A DNA stretch of 28,215 nt from a virus. Taxonomy: Duplodnaviria > Caudoviricetes. Every line of letters begins with the position of its first letter. Positions within the stretch are counted from its first letter, which is position 1. The stretch is from positions 1 to 28,215 of IMG/VR virus record IMGVR_UViG_3300011337_000671; one strand, written 5' to 3'. The notes under the pieces are model-generated. The model was not told the DNA's origin. It did not search any database and worked only from the letters and a program-made list of their open reading frames with translations. The position numbers and the translations under genes were made by a program. Positions 6,849-14,954 of this stretch are shown here, one piece after another.

Positions 6849-6859
6849 ATCGTAGCACA
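6849..6859 (-). promoter_or_regulatory. Putative extended -10 (TGTGCTACGAT)
   Basis: Intergenic, ~45 nt upstream of the ligase-like ATG. Confidence 0.55.
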
Positions 6860-6864
6860 ATAAG

Positions 6865-7239
6865 CTAGGGCTCGCCGCTGCGCCGCTTAGCTGAGCAGTC
6901 CAGCGCCTCCTTAGTGCCGAACTCGGGGATGCCTAGATCGCATGTGTCGCGGATGCGATGCACGCAATCGAGGCAGGGGTCGGCGTCTTGGGCCGGCGGG
7001 GCGGTAGGTGGCGGCGCTACGAGGCCTAGGTCGGCGCGGATGCGGTCCAGCAGAGCGCGGTCGCTAAGCGCCTGGGCGTACCACTCCTCGCTCACTTCCC
7101 GGCTGCCCAGCCTATGGCCGCAGCTACGGCATAGTTTGCGGCGGCGGCGGGATTCACCCGAGGGCCGGGACTCGATGATGTCGAGGGTGTGCTCGCCACA
7201 GTTGGGGCATGGGACGGCGGCACTAAGGGAGTGGTACAT
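6865..7239 (-). CDS. NrdR-like zinc-ribbon protein lacking the ATP cone
   Basis: CPNCG...IIESR...RRRRKLCRSCGHR...E matches the NrdR N-terminus; the C-terminus is a second Cys cluster. Confidence 0.8.
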   Translation of the reverse strand: MYHSLSAAVPCPNCGEHTLDIIESRPSGESRRRRKLCRSCGHRLGSREVSEEWYAQALSDRALLDRIRADLGLVAPPPTAPPAQDADPCLDCVHRIRDTCDLGIPEFGTKEALDCSAKRRSGEP

Positions 7240-7267
7240 AAGCTGCGTTGTTGCAGGGTTGCGCAGC

Positions 7268-7969
7268 TTAGCGTCTTAGCACCTTGGCCAATTCTTCGCG
7301 GAGCAGTTTGGGCACTTGTTGGTCGGCGTAGCGGGTGGTGATGCCTAGGAAGTCATAGGCGGTGCGGACGGTGGGCGGTTCAGCGATGTAGCCGAAGAGG
7401 CGGTTGAAGCCGCGGTTGTTTGTGCCGGCTCGTTGGTAGATGCCGGGTTTGAGGTGGGTTGGGCGCTTGGAGGTTCGGCGGTTGTCGGGGATGCTGAAGT
7501 AGGCGGGGTTTTGGCGTGCCAGTCCTTTGAGAACGCCTTGGTACTGGCCGGGGGTCATGTTGTCGTGAATGTTCTTGCGGACGCCGCGGCCACCGATGTT
7601 GGGGATAGGGAACAGGTTGGTGATGTTGAGCTTGCTTAGGCCGCGAGCGAAGCGGCTTAGGTAGGCCTGTTTGCCTCCGCCGTCACTTGCGTCGGTTGGG
7701 TAGATGTAGGAAGCGGGGGCGTTGCCTTTCGGGCCGTCGGTGCTCAGGTAGAGGCGGACCTGCAGGCCGTCGGCGGCGTAGCGAGGGGAGCGAAGAGTGA
7801 AGGGCACAGGGTCGGCGAAACGGCCGGCCATTTGGAGGCCGTGGTGCTGGCGCAGGCCGAAGCCCAGGCGCTTCATGGTCTGGCCGCCCGCATAGTTGAA
7901 GTTGGCCTTCTCCAAGATGCTTAGGCGGCCGATGGTGCGCTCGGCGTCGTAAGTGATTTGGGTGGCCAT
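7268..7969 (-). CDS. Hypothetical basic phage protein (possible virion neck/tail-completion-like)
   Basis: 233-aa ORF; F.DPVPFTLRS...PGIYQR...YDF pattern resembles phage minor structural proteins; function uncertain. Confidence 0.7.
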   Translation of the reverse strand: MATQITYDAERTIGRLSILEKANFNYAGGQTMKRLGFGLRQHHGLQMAGRFADPVPFTLRSPRYAADGLQVRLYLSTDGPKGNAPASYIYPTDASDGGGKQAYLSRFARGLSKLNITNLFPIPNIGGRGVRKNIHDNMTPGQYQGVLKGLARQNPAYFSIPDNRRTSKRPTHLKPGIYQRAGTNNRGFNRLFGYIAEPPTVRTAYDFLGITTRYADQQVPKLLREELAKVLRR

Positions 7970-7981
7970 GGGCTTCGCCGC

Positions 7982-8827
7982 TTAGGTGCTGGGTGCCTCA
8001 CTGCGCAGTCTATGCAGCTCGTCAAAGTAGGTATGGCACCGTTCTAGGTAGCAGGACTCGGCGCCGCGTAGCTCCAGGGCGCTTAGTTCGCGGATGTTGG
8101 GCGGGCCGGCGCGGCGGGCTACTACGACAATGGCGCCTTTTGCCTGGATGCCTGTTAAATGGCGTAGGCCGACACTATATGCACCTAATTGGTGCATGTA
8201 GTCTTCAAGTAATTCTTCAGAGCGCTTATTGAAACTTGTCTTCCAATCGACGACCATTGGCCCTTTACCGTTTACGTCGAGTAGGGCGTCGCAGGTGCCG
8301 GCGAACCCGGCGGGGTGGTGGACGCTGAACTCGATGGCGTGGATGGCGGTGACGTTCGCCTCGATCCAGGCGAGCAGGCCGCGGCGGTATCCGGAGGCGC
8401 TGAAGCCGACCTTGGGGGCACTGGGTAGTACCTGCTTAAGCGCCCAGCGGGTGAGCGGGGCGGGGGTGCGGATTAGGCCGTCGGGCTTTTCATAGAGGGT
8501 GCCGCGCTTGTTGGCGGCGCCGATGGCCAGCTTCTTGGCTGAGCGGAGGACGTATTCGGCAGCGTTATGCGTGCGGGTGCCGCGCTCAGCAGCGGTGTCT
8601 CGCTCTACCGCTGCCACTTCCACGCCTAGGCGGGCTACCCAAGCCTCTAGGGCCGCTTTACTATTACTTGTCTCTTTAAGTATTCGCGTAACGCTATGAT
8701 ATACTTCCCCATTAGCGTCACGATAAATACGCCCATTAGGGTCGCTTACGTCGTCTCGCTCCAGCTGCCACTTAGCTAGGCCTCTTAGCGCGTCGTGAGC
8801 ATTAGCCGCGTCGGGCGGTGTAGGCAT
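7982..8827 (-). CDS. PD-(D/E)XK exonuclease (RecB/Cas4-like fold)
   Basis: SVTRIL, ERGTRTH, IEF, AGTCDAL, VVDWKTS, QLGAY motifs; start set at ATG 8827 downstream of a terminator-like hairpin. Confidence 0.88.
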   Translation of the reverse strand: MPTPPDAANAHDALRGLAKWQLERDDVSDPNGRIYRDANGEVYHSVTRILKETSNSKAALEAWVARLGVEVAAVERDTAAERGTRTHNAAEYVLRSAKKLAIGAANKRGTLYEKPDGLIRTPAPLTRWALKQVLPSAPKVGFSASGYRRGLLAWIEANVTAIHAIEFSVHHPAGFAGTCDALLDVNGKGPMVVDWKTSFNKRSEELLEDYMHQLGAYSVGLRHLTGIQAKGAIVVVARRAGPPNIRELSALELRGAESCYLERCHTYFDELHRLRSEAPST

Positions 8828-8852
8828 AGCGGCGGGGCGAAGGAGGCGGCAT

Positions 8853-8883
8853 AAGGAAAGGGGGCAGGCAGTGCCCACCCCCT
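8853..8883 (-). terminator. Intrinsic terminator-like hairpin after the SSB-like gene
   Basis: Minus strand AGGGGGTGGGC-ACT-GCCTGCCCCCT followed by TTCCTT (11-bp stem with G-U pairs). Confidence 0.6.
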
Positions 8884-8922
8884 GTAGCGCTAAGTGCAGC
8901 TTAGCGATGCGGCTTAGCGAAG

Positions 8923-9504
8923 CTACGCAGCTTCCTCCTTGAAGGGGTCGCCGCCTTCTAGCAATCTGCTTATGTCGAATCCGGCGGCGCGGGACTCTTC
9001 CCAAGCAGCAGTGATGTCCTTGTCGGCGCCCTTCTTACGGGGCACAGGAGTCACTTTGTACTCGGTGTCTAGGCCGGCGCCTACCTTGCCAAGGATGAAG
9101 TCGATGGCCGTGAGGTCATCGTAATCAGGCATCTGGCTGATGTTGTCAAGCTCGCGAATGATCGACTTCTGGCCCAGTTGCAGGATCTGCACCTGGGCTG
9201 CCTCGAAGTTGTAGACGGGCAGGGCGAGGGCGAACTTGATGGGCTCGGGGCCGCTGCCTTCGCGGTTCATGCGACGGGTGAAGTCGCCGAAGGCGAGGGT
9301 CAGGTCGTCGGGGCTCGGCTCAGAGGCGAAGCGGAACGGCTTGCTCTTGCCGTCGGGGCCTTCTGCCCAGACTTCGTAGAACTCAAGGGGCTCGTCACTA
9401 AGTAGGGCGAAGCGGACGGAGCTGCCGGCAGCGATCTTGCTAGGCGACAGGTAAGCGCCGCCTCCGCTGACGGCGGCTTGTGCGGACTTGGAAAGGAGAG
9501 CCAA
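8923..9504 (-). CDS. Probable single-stranded DNA-binding protein
   Basis: 193 aa, beta-rich, G.GLDTEY.V.P motif and acidic/aromatic C-tail (GGDPFKEEAA); sits between exonuclease and primase. Confidence 0.7.
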   Translation of the reverse strand: MALLSKSAQAAVSGGGAYLSPSKIAAGSSVRFALLSDEPLEFYEVWAEGPDGKSKPFRFASEPSPDDLTLAFGDFTRRMNREGSGPEPIKFALALPVYNFEAAQVQILQLGQKSIIRELDNISQMPDYDDLTAIDFILGKVGAGLDTEYKVTPVPRKKGADKDITAAWEESRAAGFDISRLLEGGDPFKEEAA

Positions 9505-9567
9505 AGGTGTTGCGGGGTAGGTGGATGCGGTTAGCGGTGCCTAGGTGGCGGTGCTTGGCGCTTAAGC

Positions 9568-9639
9568 AGTGTAGCACCAGGCTGCGGTGGGACGCAACAC
9601 TGTGCTACTTATTGAAGCCTGGGCCACCGGGCCTAGCAT
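9568..9639. promoter_or_regulatory. Divergent promoter region
   Basis: Minus-strand GTGCTACACT (9568-9577); inverted GTAGCAC/GTGCTAC pair (9571-9577, 9602-9608); plus-strand TTGAAG-N16-TAGCAT (9612-9639); located at the strand switch. Confidence 0.55.
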
Positions 9640-9641
9640 GG

Positions 9642-9676
9642 AAAACACCCCGCCTGTAGAGCGCTTAGACGGGGTG
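9642..9676. other. Hairpin in the primase leader (terminator-like on the minus strand)
   Basis: CACCCCGCCT...AGACGGGGTG inverted repeat preceded by AAAA on the plus strand. Confidence 0.45.
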
Positions 9677-9707
9677 CAACAACGCTATCCACTTGCAACC
9701 TTATCAG

Positions 9708-12245
9708 ATGAGTCGCACTTCGGGACTGATTAGTTTTGTTCGTTCACTGCCTCTAGGGCCGGCTTATGCCCCCGTCTATGCAGAAGGTGTTGTTTTTGGT
9801 AAGAGCGAGTCGGTGTCTTCGGGTAAGGCGCCGCATGAGCTTTCGCACCACCGCGTATTCAGCCCTGAGGACGTGGCGCTGCTGCTTGAGCAGAAGCCCG
9901 ATACGTTCCAGGCGATTGGTCTGTTCACCGGGATTCGCAGCGACGGAATCGTGATCCTCGATGTCGACGCCAACCTGTCGACGCTGCTTAAGAAGTGGGG
10001 CGACTCGATTGCCCAGGCGCCCAAGGTGATCAGCACCAAGGCCAATGCGGCCAAGTTTGTGTTTCGCGTACCAGCGGAGCAGCGGTCGCTAGTCAAAGGC
10101 CTAACCCTTAGCCAGACGCGCAAGGGCTACGAGGTCTTGTGGGGTATGCAGGGGGTGATTGCGGGGGCCTATCCCGGTTCGCGTGATGGCACTGCAAAGC
10201 CGGGCGTGTACAAGTTGGCGGCCGGCAGCTTTGATGCGATTCCCGAAGCTCCCGAGTGGTTGCTTGCGGAGATGCGGGCCAGGAAGTTGCAAGAGGCCCC
10301 TGTGGCGGGCTTGGTGAAAAATCGCCGCGGCCTGGACTTCTCTGGGCGGACGCAGGACGAGATAGCTGAGATTGTGCATGACTGCCTCCAGGTGCTGCCC
10401 CACTTAGGCCGCGGCAGTGAGGATCAGTGGTGGCAGGTAGGCGCAATGGTTGCCGAGTCCCTTCCAAATGACTTGGGCCTAGCGCTGTGGTCTGCGTGGA
10501 GCGCAACAGACCCGGCGTTTGAGGACGACTGGGCTAAGGGCGACCCGTGCGCTGAGAAGTGGATGCGCTTAGCGGAGCGGGCCGGCAAGCCGGGGAACAT
10601 GGGTCTGGGCAGCTTGGTCAAGTTGGCCGATGAATACGACCCTCAGAGGCAGCGATTTCAAGAGTCCAGCAGGCGCACGCTTGAGGAAGTCGAGACTTCG
10701 CAAGTACAGCAGTACCGCCAGGTGGCGCTCGACTTCCCTGAGGTGATTAGGCGTGCCAGGGAACTGCTTGAGCTGGACAACCCAGCTGAGATGAACTACA
10801 GGCTTCACGCGCTGGCGGTTGAGTCGGGCTACCGCGATAAGGAGAGCCTGGAGCGCCTCCTGGTCGACCAGATGCAGTACGAGGGCGAGAGCGACACCAT
10901 GTCGATCAAGGAGCTGCTGGAGAGGCAGTTCGAGCGCACCTACTTGATTCCCGACCTGCTGCCCTCACCCTCGGTTGTTTTGGTGTACGGCGCAGGCGGT
11001 GACGGTAAGTCCATGGCGGCCTGGACCTTGGCCAAGCATGTTGCGACTGGCGAGCCTTTTGTGATTCGGGGCAAGCCTGTTCCGGTCCAGCAGGGGCCTG
11101 TGCTGCTGCTGAATGGAGACCAGCCGCTGGTGCAGCTGCAGGAGCAGTTGGAGGAGGTGGAGATACCCGACGATGCGCCTGTGACGATCAGGACGGACTG
11201 GTCGCTCCAGCGCTACGCGCAGTTCGTAAAGCTGATGGAAACTATAAAGCCTAAGCTTGTGGTTATTGACTCGCTTATTGGGTGCAGTGGCGGTAAAGCG
11301 TTTGATGAGAATAAGAGTGACTTTGCAACTCCTCTGTATTGGCTAACTAGGAACAATGGCGTCCTATTCCCGCCCACAACCATAATTATTATTCACCACG
11401 CCAATAAGCAGGGTGGGTTCCGGGGGACGTCGGCAATTAGGGATGCGGTGGATGAGGTGTGGGCGCTGAGGCGGCCCACGGAGCGGCAGCAGGAGGCCGT
11501 TGGGCCCAATGCGCGGCTTATTGGCATCGAGAAGTCTCGGAGCGGTCGTGGGGGCTCCTCGCTGCTGCTGAAGATCGACGAAGACCTGTGCTTCTCTCTA
11601 AGCGATTACGCGCCAGAGATTGACCCAACAGAGACGGGACCGAGCGGGATTACGGATCGGGTGCTGGCGCGGCTACGGACGGCGCACCCCGAGGGGCGTA
11701 CCCGCATCGAGCTGAACGCCGACCCGATTGTTGGAGGGCGGGTCACCGCAATCAGGAAGGCGCTTCAGCGCTTAGAGAAGCGAGGTCTTATCTCTGTCTC
11801 AGGTAAGACGCAAAGCAAGACCAAAGGGAGGCCTCAGCACGTCTACAGGGCGATTTTGTCTTCCTCGCGGGGAGAGGTTGTGTATGTGTGTCCCAATGAG
11901 GAAGATCCCAGTGATAGCAAGGGCGGAGCAATGGGACACATGGGGGTAGAGGAGGGGCAGTGTCCCATTAAGAATGAGGTAGGCCCTGGCACGTTTTCCA
12001 CAGGCACCCCCCAAGTTGTGGAAAACCCTGAGTTGCAAGGGGTGACTAGTGGGACACCTACTGAACAAAAAGGGGAGTGTCCCATTTCTAAACCCTTGTG
12101 GCGCAAGGGATTAGACCTTAAGAGGACAGATACGGAAGCTATACGCGCACGTAGGCAGGATTTGCCGCAGCCGGGCTCTGCCCTGGAACGTTCTCAGGAG
12201 GAGCTGGAGGCGATGCGCCGTGATGCGTTTGCGTCATGGGAGTGA
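9708..12245 (+). CDS. Primase-polymerase (AEP) / PriCT-2 / RecA-like AAA_25 helicase fusion with C-terminal HTH
   Basis: AEP motif VILDVD; PriCT-2-like WWQVGAM...WSAWS...KW; Walker A GAGGDGKS, Walker B VVIDS, IIHHANK..GFRGTSA. Alternative TTG start at 9693. Confidence 0.9.
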   Translation: MSRTSGLISFVRSLPLGPAYAPVYAEGVVFGKSESVSSGKAPHELSHHRVFSPEDVALLLEQKPDTFQAIGLFTGIRSDGIVILDVDANLSTLLKKWGDSIAQAPKVISTKANAAKFVFRVPAEQRSLVKGLTLSQTRKGYEVLWGMQGVIAGAYPGSRDGTAKPGVYKLAAGSFDAIPEAPEWLLAEMRARKLQEAPVAGLVKNRRGLDFSGRTQDEIAEIVHDCLQVLPHLGRGSEDQWWQVGAMVAESLPNDLGLALWSAWSATDPAFEDDWAKGDPCAEKWMRLAERAGKPGNMGLGSLVKLADEYDPQRQRFQESSRRTLEEVETSQVQQYRQVALDFPEVIRRARELLELDNPAEMNYRLHALAVESGYRDKESLERLLVDQMQYEGESDTMSIKELLERQFERTYLIPDLLPSPSVVLVYGAGGDGKSMAAWTLAKHVATGEPFVIRGKPVPVQQGPVLLLNGDQPLVQLQEQLEEVEIPDDAPVTIRTDWSLQRYAQFVKLMETIKPKLVVIDSLIGCSGGKAFDENKSDFATPLYWLTRNNGVLFPPTTIIIIHHANKQGGFRGTSAIRDAVDEVWALRRPTERQQEAVGPNARLIGIEKSRSGRGGSSLLLKIDEDLCFSLSDYAPEIDPTETGPSGITDRVLARLRTAHPEGRTRIELNADPIVGGRVTAIRKALQRLEKRGLISVSGKTQSKTKGRPQHVYRAILSSSRGEVVYVCPNEEDPSDSKGGAMGHMGVEEGQCPIKNEVGPGTFSTGTPQVVENPELQGVTSGTPTEQKGECPISKPLWRKGLDLKRTDTEAIRARRQDLPQPGSALERSQEELEAMRRDAFASWE
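11888..12112. repeat. Iteron-like GTGTCCCA direct and inverted repeats inside the primase-helicase 3' end (putative origin)
   Basis: GTGTCCCA at 11888, 11960 and 12077; TGGGACAC at 11932 and 12050; interleaved CCC-N8/9-AAGGG elements at ~11907, ~12026 and ~12093. Confidence 0.7.
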
Positions 12246-12397
12246 GCGCCGCTGATCTACGGCGCCAGGCCGAGCTGAAGCGCATCGAGGCCTTCTTGGT
12301 GTCGCTTGAGGAGTGGATGCCGGAACCGCCTACCCGGTGGCGCGAGGCAGCCAAGCCGCCTGGTTCCGCTCCACGTACTGGAGGACTAAGGGCGTAG
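12242..12397 (+). CDS. Hypothetical protein, 51 aa
   Basis: GTGA overlap with the primase stop; hand translation MSAADLRRQAELKRIEAFLVSLEEWMPEPP... Confidence 0.55.
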   Translation: MSAADLRRQAELKRIEAFLVSLEEWMPEPPTRWREAAKPPGSAPRTGGLRA

Positions 12398-12412
12398 TGC
12401 AGCGACTTGCGC

Positions 12413-12423
12413 TGTGCTAAGGT
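12413..12423 (+). promoter_or_regulatory. Putative extended -10 (TGTGCTAAGGT) upstream of the DNA polymerase
   Basis: Same motif as the other intergenic sites. Confidence 0.55.
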
Positions 12424-12441
12424 GTTGGGGCTTCGCTGGAA

Positions 12442-14349
12442 ATGCGGAGTCCCATTCTTTTGCTTAGGCGCTACGTGACTGCAACACCGCTTACTGCTCA
12501 GCCCACCTTCCTCCTAGGCGTCGAGCACCTGCACAGGCTGTCTACGGCGATGACCGTGGCGTTTGACTCGGAGACGACAGGGCTGCAGCCCGAGGAGGGC
12601 GGTCTGCGTTTGCTGCAGTTGGGAGCCCGCAATTGCCCCATTGTGTTGATTGACTGCTGGGAGCTGGACCCGGCGGGATGGGCTGCGGTGCGGGACTTTT
12701 TTGAAGCCAAGCAGCGCTTCTGGTGGGCGCACAACGCTGTGTTTGACCTGGGGTGGCTGCAGGAGCACGGCATACGCCCGAACGGACGGGTCATGTGCTC
12801 GATGATCGCCAGCAAGCTGATTAGCAACGGCATTCCGAACTTGAAGCACGGCTTGGCGCCGACCGTGGAGCGCTACCTAGGCCGGGAGCTGAGCAAGGAG
12901 ATGCAGGTAAGTGACTGGTCGGCGCCGCTGCTTAGCGCTGAGCAGCTCGCCTATGCGGCGGGGGATGTGCAGGCCCTACTCGACCTCGACTTGGTGCTTA
13001 CCGAGCGCTTAGGGGCGGCGCGGCTGATGAAGGCCTATGCGCTGGAGTGCGCGGCGCTGCCGGCGATGGCGCAGATGTGGCGTACAGGGCTGCCATTCAA
13101 CCGGACCAAGCTTGAGGAGCTGCAGGCGTCGCTTGAGGCGGACATTGAGCGCTATGGGGCGCAGTTCGTTGCTGACCTCGATGCGGCGCTGCCCGAGGAG
13201 CACAAGCTGCCGCGGGATGAGGATGGCAGCTTCAATCTGCGCAGCAAGGCCGAGGGCGCGGTTCGCCTAGGCACGAAGCGGCAGGCGGGCTTCAACCTCA
13301 ACTCACCGAAGCAGTTGGTGGAGAAGTTCACGGTGCTGCTTGGCGTGGTGCCGGTAGGCAAGGAGGGCAAGCCCAGTGCAGCCAGGGATGCCTTGCGGGA
13401 TTATGCGGCGGACCACAAGGTCATTCAGATATACCTGCTATGGAAGCGAGCAGAGAAGCGTAGGCAGATGGTAATTAGCTTACTTGAGCATCAGGCTCCC
13501 GATGGCTTTATTCGTGCTAGTTATATGCAGCTAGGTGCTGAGTCTGGGCGCATGAGTTGCGCTAAGCCTAATTTGCAGCAAGTGCCTAGAGATAATGCTT
13601 TCCGCTTAGCTGCTGAGGCGCCTGAGGGATGGACCTTTGTGTGCGCAGACTTTGGACAAATGGAATTGCGTTTAGCTGCTGCGCAAGCCGAGGACGAGAC
13701 GATGATCGAAGCGTTTAAGCACGACATGGACCTGCACACGCTCACCGCCAGCGCGATCTACACCGAGCCCACCGAGGACGAGAAGGAACTGAAATTACGC
13801 AGACAGGTAGCCAAGTCTGCCAATTTCGGCCTCCTATTTGGTGCTGGTGCTAAGGGTCTTAGGAACTATGCAGGCGCTATGGGAATCACTATGACTATTG
13901 AGGAAGCCGAGGTGGTAAGGGATACGTTCCACAGCACCTATAAGGGGATAAACAAGTGGCAAAGGGATAACGCTATAGCTTCGGATAGTACGCGGGGAGA
14001 TAAATGGGCGGAAGTACGGATACCTGTTAGTGGGATGCGGCGGTTTTTGCCTGGCGATATGAACAGGGTTACCGTGAGGTGCAACACGCCGGTCCAGGGG
14101 GCTGGTGCTGCAGTTATGAAGGCGGCCCTGGGCAAGTTGTGGCCCCTACTCGTCGAGGCGGGTGAGGAGGCGGCGCGGCTTAGCGCAGTCGTGCATGACG
14201 AAGTGCTATTGCTAGTCAGGGAGGGCACCGAAGCGCAGTGGATGTCAGCGCTCCAGGGAGTTATGGAGGCCGCCGAGGCTGAGTGGCTGGGAGATATACC
14301 TCCCCTAGCTGAAGCCAATAGCGGTAAGACCTGGGCGGACGCCAAGTAG
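12442..14349 (+). CDS. polA: Family A DNA polymerase with 3'-5' exonuclease (no 5'-3' exonuclease)
   Basis: ExoI FDSETTGL, ExoII HNAVFD, ExoIII YAAGD; motif A DFGQMELR, motif B RQVAKSANFGLLFG, motif C VHDE. Alternative GTG start at 12475. Confidence 0.96.
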   Translation: MRSPILLLRRYVTATPLTAQPTFLLGVEHLHRLSTAMTVAFDSETTGLQPEEGGLRLLQLGARNCPIVLIDCWELDPAGWAAVRDFFEAKQRFWWAHNAVFDLGWLQEHGIRPNGRVMCSMIASKLISNGIPNLKHGLAPTVERYLGRELSKEMQVSDWSAPLLSAEQLAYAAGDVQALLDLDLVLTERLGAARLMKAYALECAALPAMAQMWRTGLPFNRTKLEELQASLEADIERYGAQFVADLDAALPEEHKLPRDEDGSFNLRSKAEGAVRLGTKRQAGFNLNSPKQLVEKFTVLLGVVPVGKEGKPSAARDALRDYAADHKVIQIYLLWKRAEKRRQMVISLLEHQAPDGFIRASYMQLGAESGRMSCAKPNLQQVPRDNAFRLAAEAPEGWTFVCADFGQMELRLAAAQAEDETMIEAFKHDMDLHTLTASAIYTEPTEDEKELKLRRQVAKSANFGLLFGAGAKGLRNYAGAMGITMTIEEAEVVRDTFHSTYKGINKWQRDNAIASDSTRGDKWAEVRIPVSGMRRFLPGDMNRVTVRCNTPVQGAGAAVMKAALGKLWPLLVEAGEEAARLSAVVHDEVLLLVREGTEAQWMSALQGVMEAAEAEWLGDIPPLAEANSGKTWADAK

Positions 14350-14391
14350 CGCGGCGGCGCTTACTGTGGCGCTACTTGTTGGCGCGGCTTA

Positions 14392-14595
14392 GTGGGGCGT
14401 ACGGGGCGCGAAATTATGGTGGAGTGGCTTCGCGATGAGATGCGCCAAGCCACTGTTGCGGATCTGCAGAGAGCTGCGCAGTTTTTGGAATTTGCGCGTG
14501 AAGTGAGAAAGGGTTGCGATAAGCAGAGGGCTAAGGCTAGGCGAGTGCAGAGTCAGGGCTGGCGCAAGCACGTAGATCCAACCTTAAGGTGGTAG
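14392..14595 (+). CDS. Hypothetical protein, 67 aa
   Basis: Basic helical ORF on the coding strand, fills the gap. Confidence 0.7.
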   Translation: MGRTGREIMVEWLRDEMRQATVADLQRAAQFLEFAREVRKGCDKQRAKARRVQSQGWRKHVDPTLRW

Positions 14596-14623
14596 GCTAA
14601 GCCTCGACGCTGTACTAACACTT

Positions 14624-14884
14624 ATGACCAAGCCCCATGGCACTAAGAAGCACTTTCAGGTGTTGATTGATCCGAATCGTGCTGCACTGTTGGAGCTGGA
14701 AGCTACGCGGCGGGGGTTCAAGGCCGCGGCCTATGCACGGGAGCTGATCTACACCGAGCTGGAGCGCACAGCCGGAAATCGGGAGTATCAGGCGGCATTT
14801 ACGTTGGATGCGGACGAGCGCAGAGCGGCGATCCAGCGCCAGGTTGAGGGGCGGCTTAAGGGGCGCAAGACCTCGCCCGCCTAG
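14624..14884 (+). CDS. Possible ribbon-helix-helix DNA-binding protein
   Basis: KHFQVLID strand followed by two helices (LLELEATRRG..AAAYARELI). Confidence 0.6.
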   Translation: MTKPHGTKKHFQVLIDPNRAALLELEATRRGFKAAAYARELIYTELERTAGNREYQAAFTLDADERRAAIQRQVEGRLKGRKTSPA

Positions 14885-14891
14885 TCCTTAA

Positions 14892-14902
14892 TGTGATAGG
14901 CT
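14892..14902 (+). promoter_or_regulatory. Putative extended -10 (TGTGATAGGCT)
   Basis: Intergenic TGnTAnnnT. Confidence 0.45.
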
Positions 14903-14954
14903 AAGCGGACGCCCGGCAGCTGCTGGGCATTGCTCGTTCCACCGCTTAGCTCTT

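Noticed and set aside
7982-8827. Cas4 as part of a CRISPR system
   Set aside because: Lacks the Cas4 Fe-S cysteine set and sits beside SSB and primase; an ordinary phage exonuclease.
10101-10110. CTAACCCTTA, complement of the array core, inside the primase gene
   Set aside because: A single 10-nt match in a genome already biased toward CTTA/TAAG words; not significant.
12442-14349. Z-genome (DpoZ/PurZ) or other base-replacement system
   Set aside because: No purZ, datZ, mazZ or other modification genes are visible in this window; cannot be excluded for the rest of the genome.
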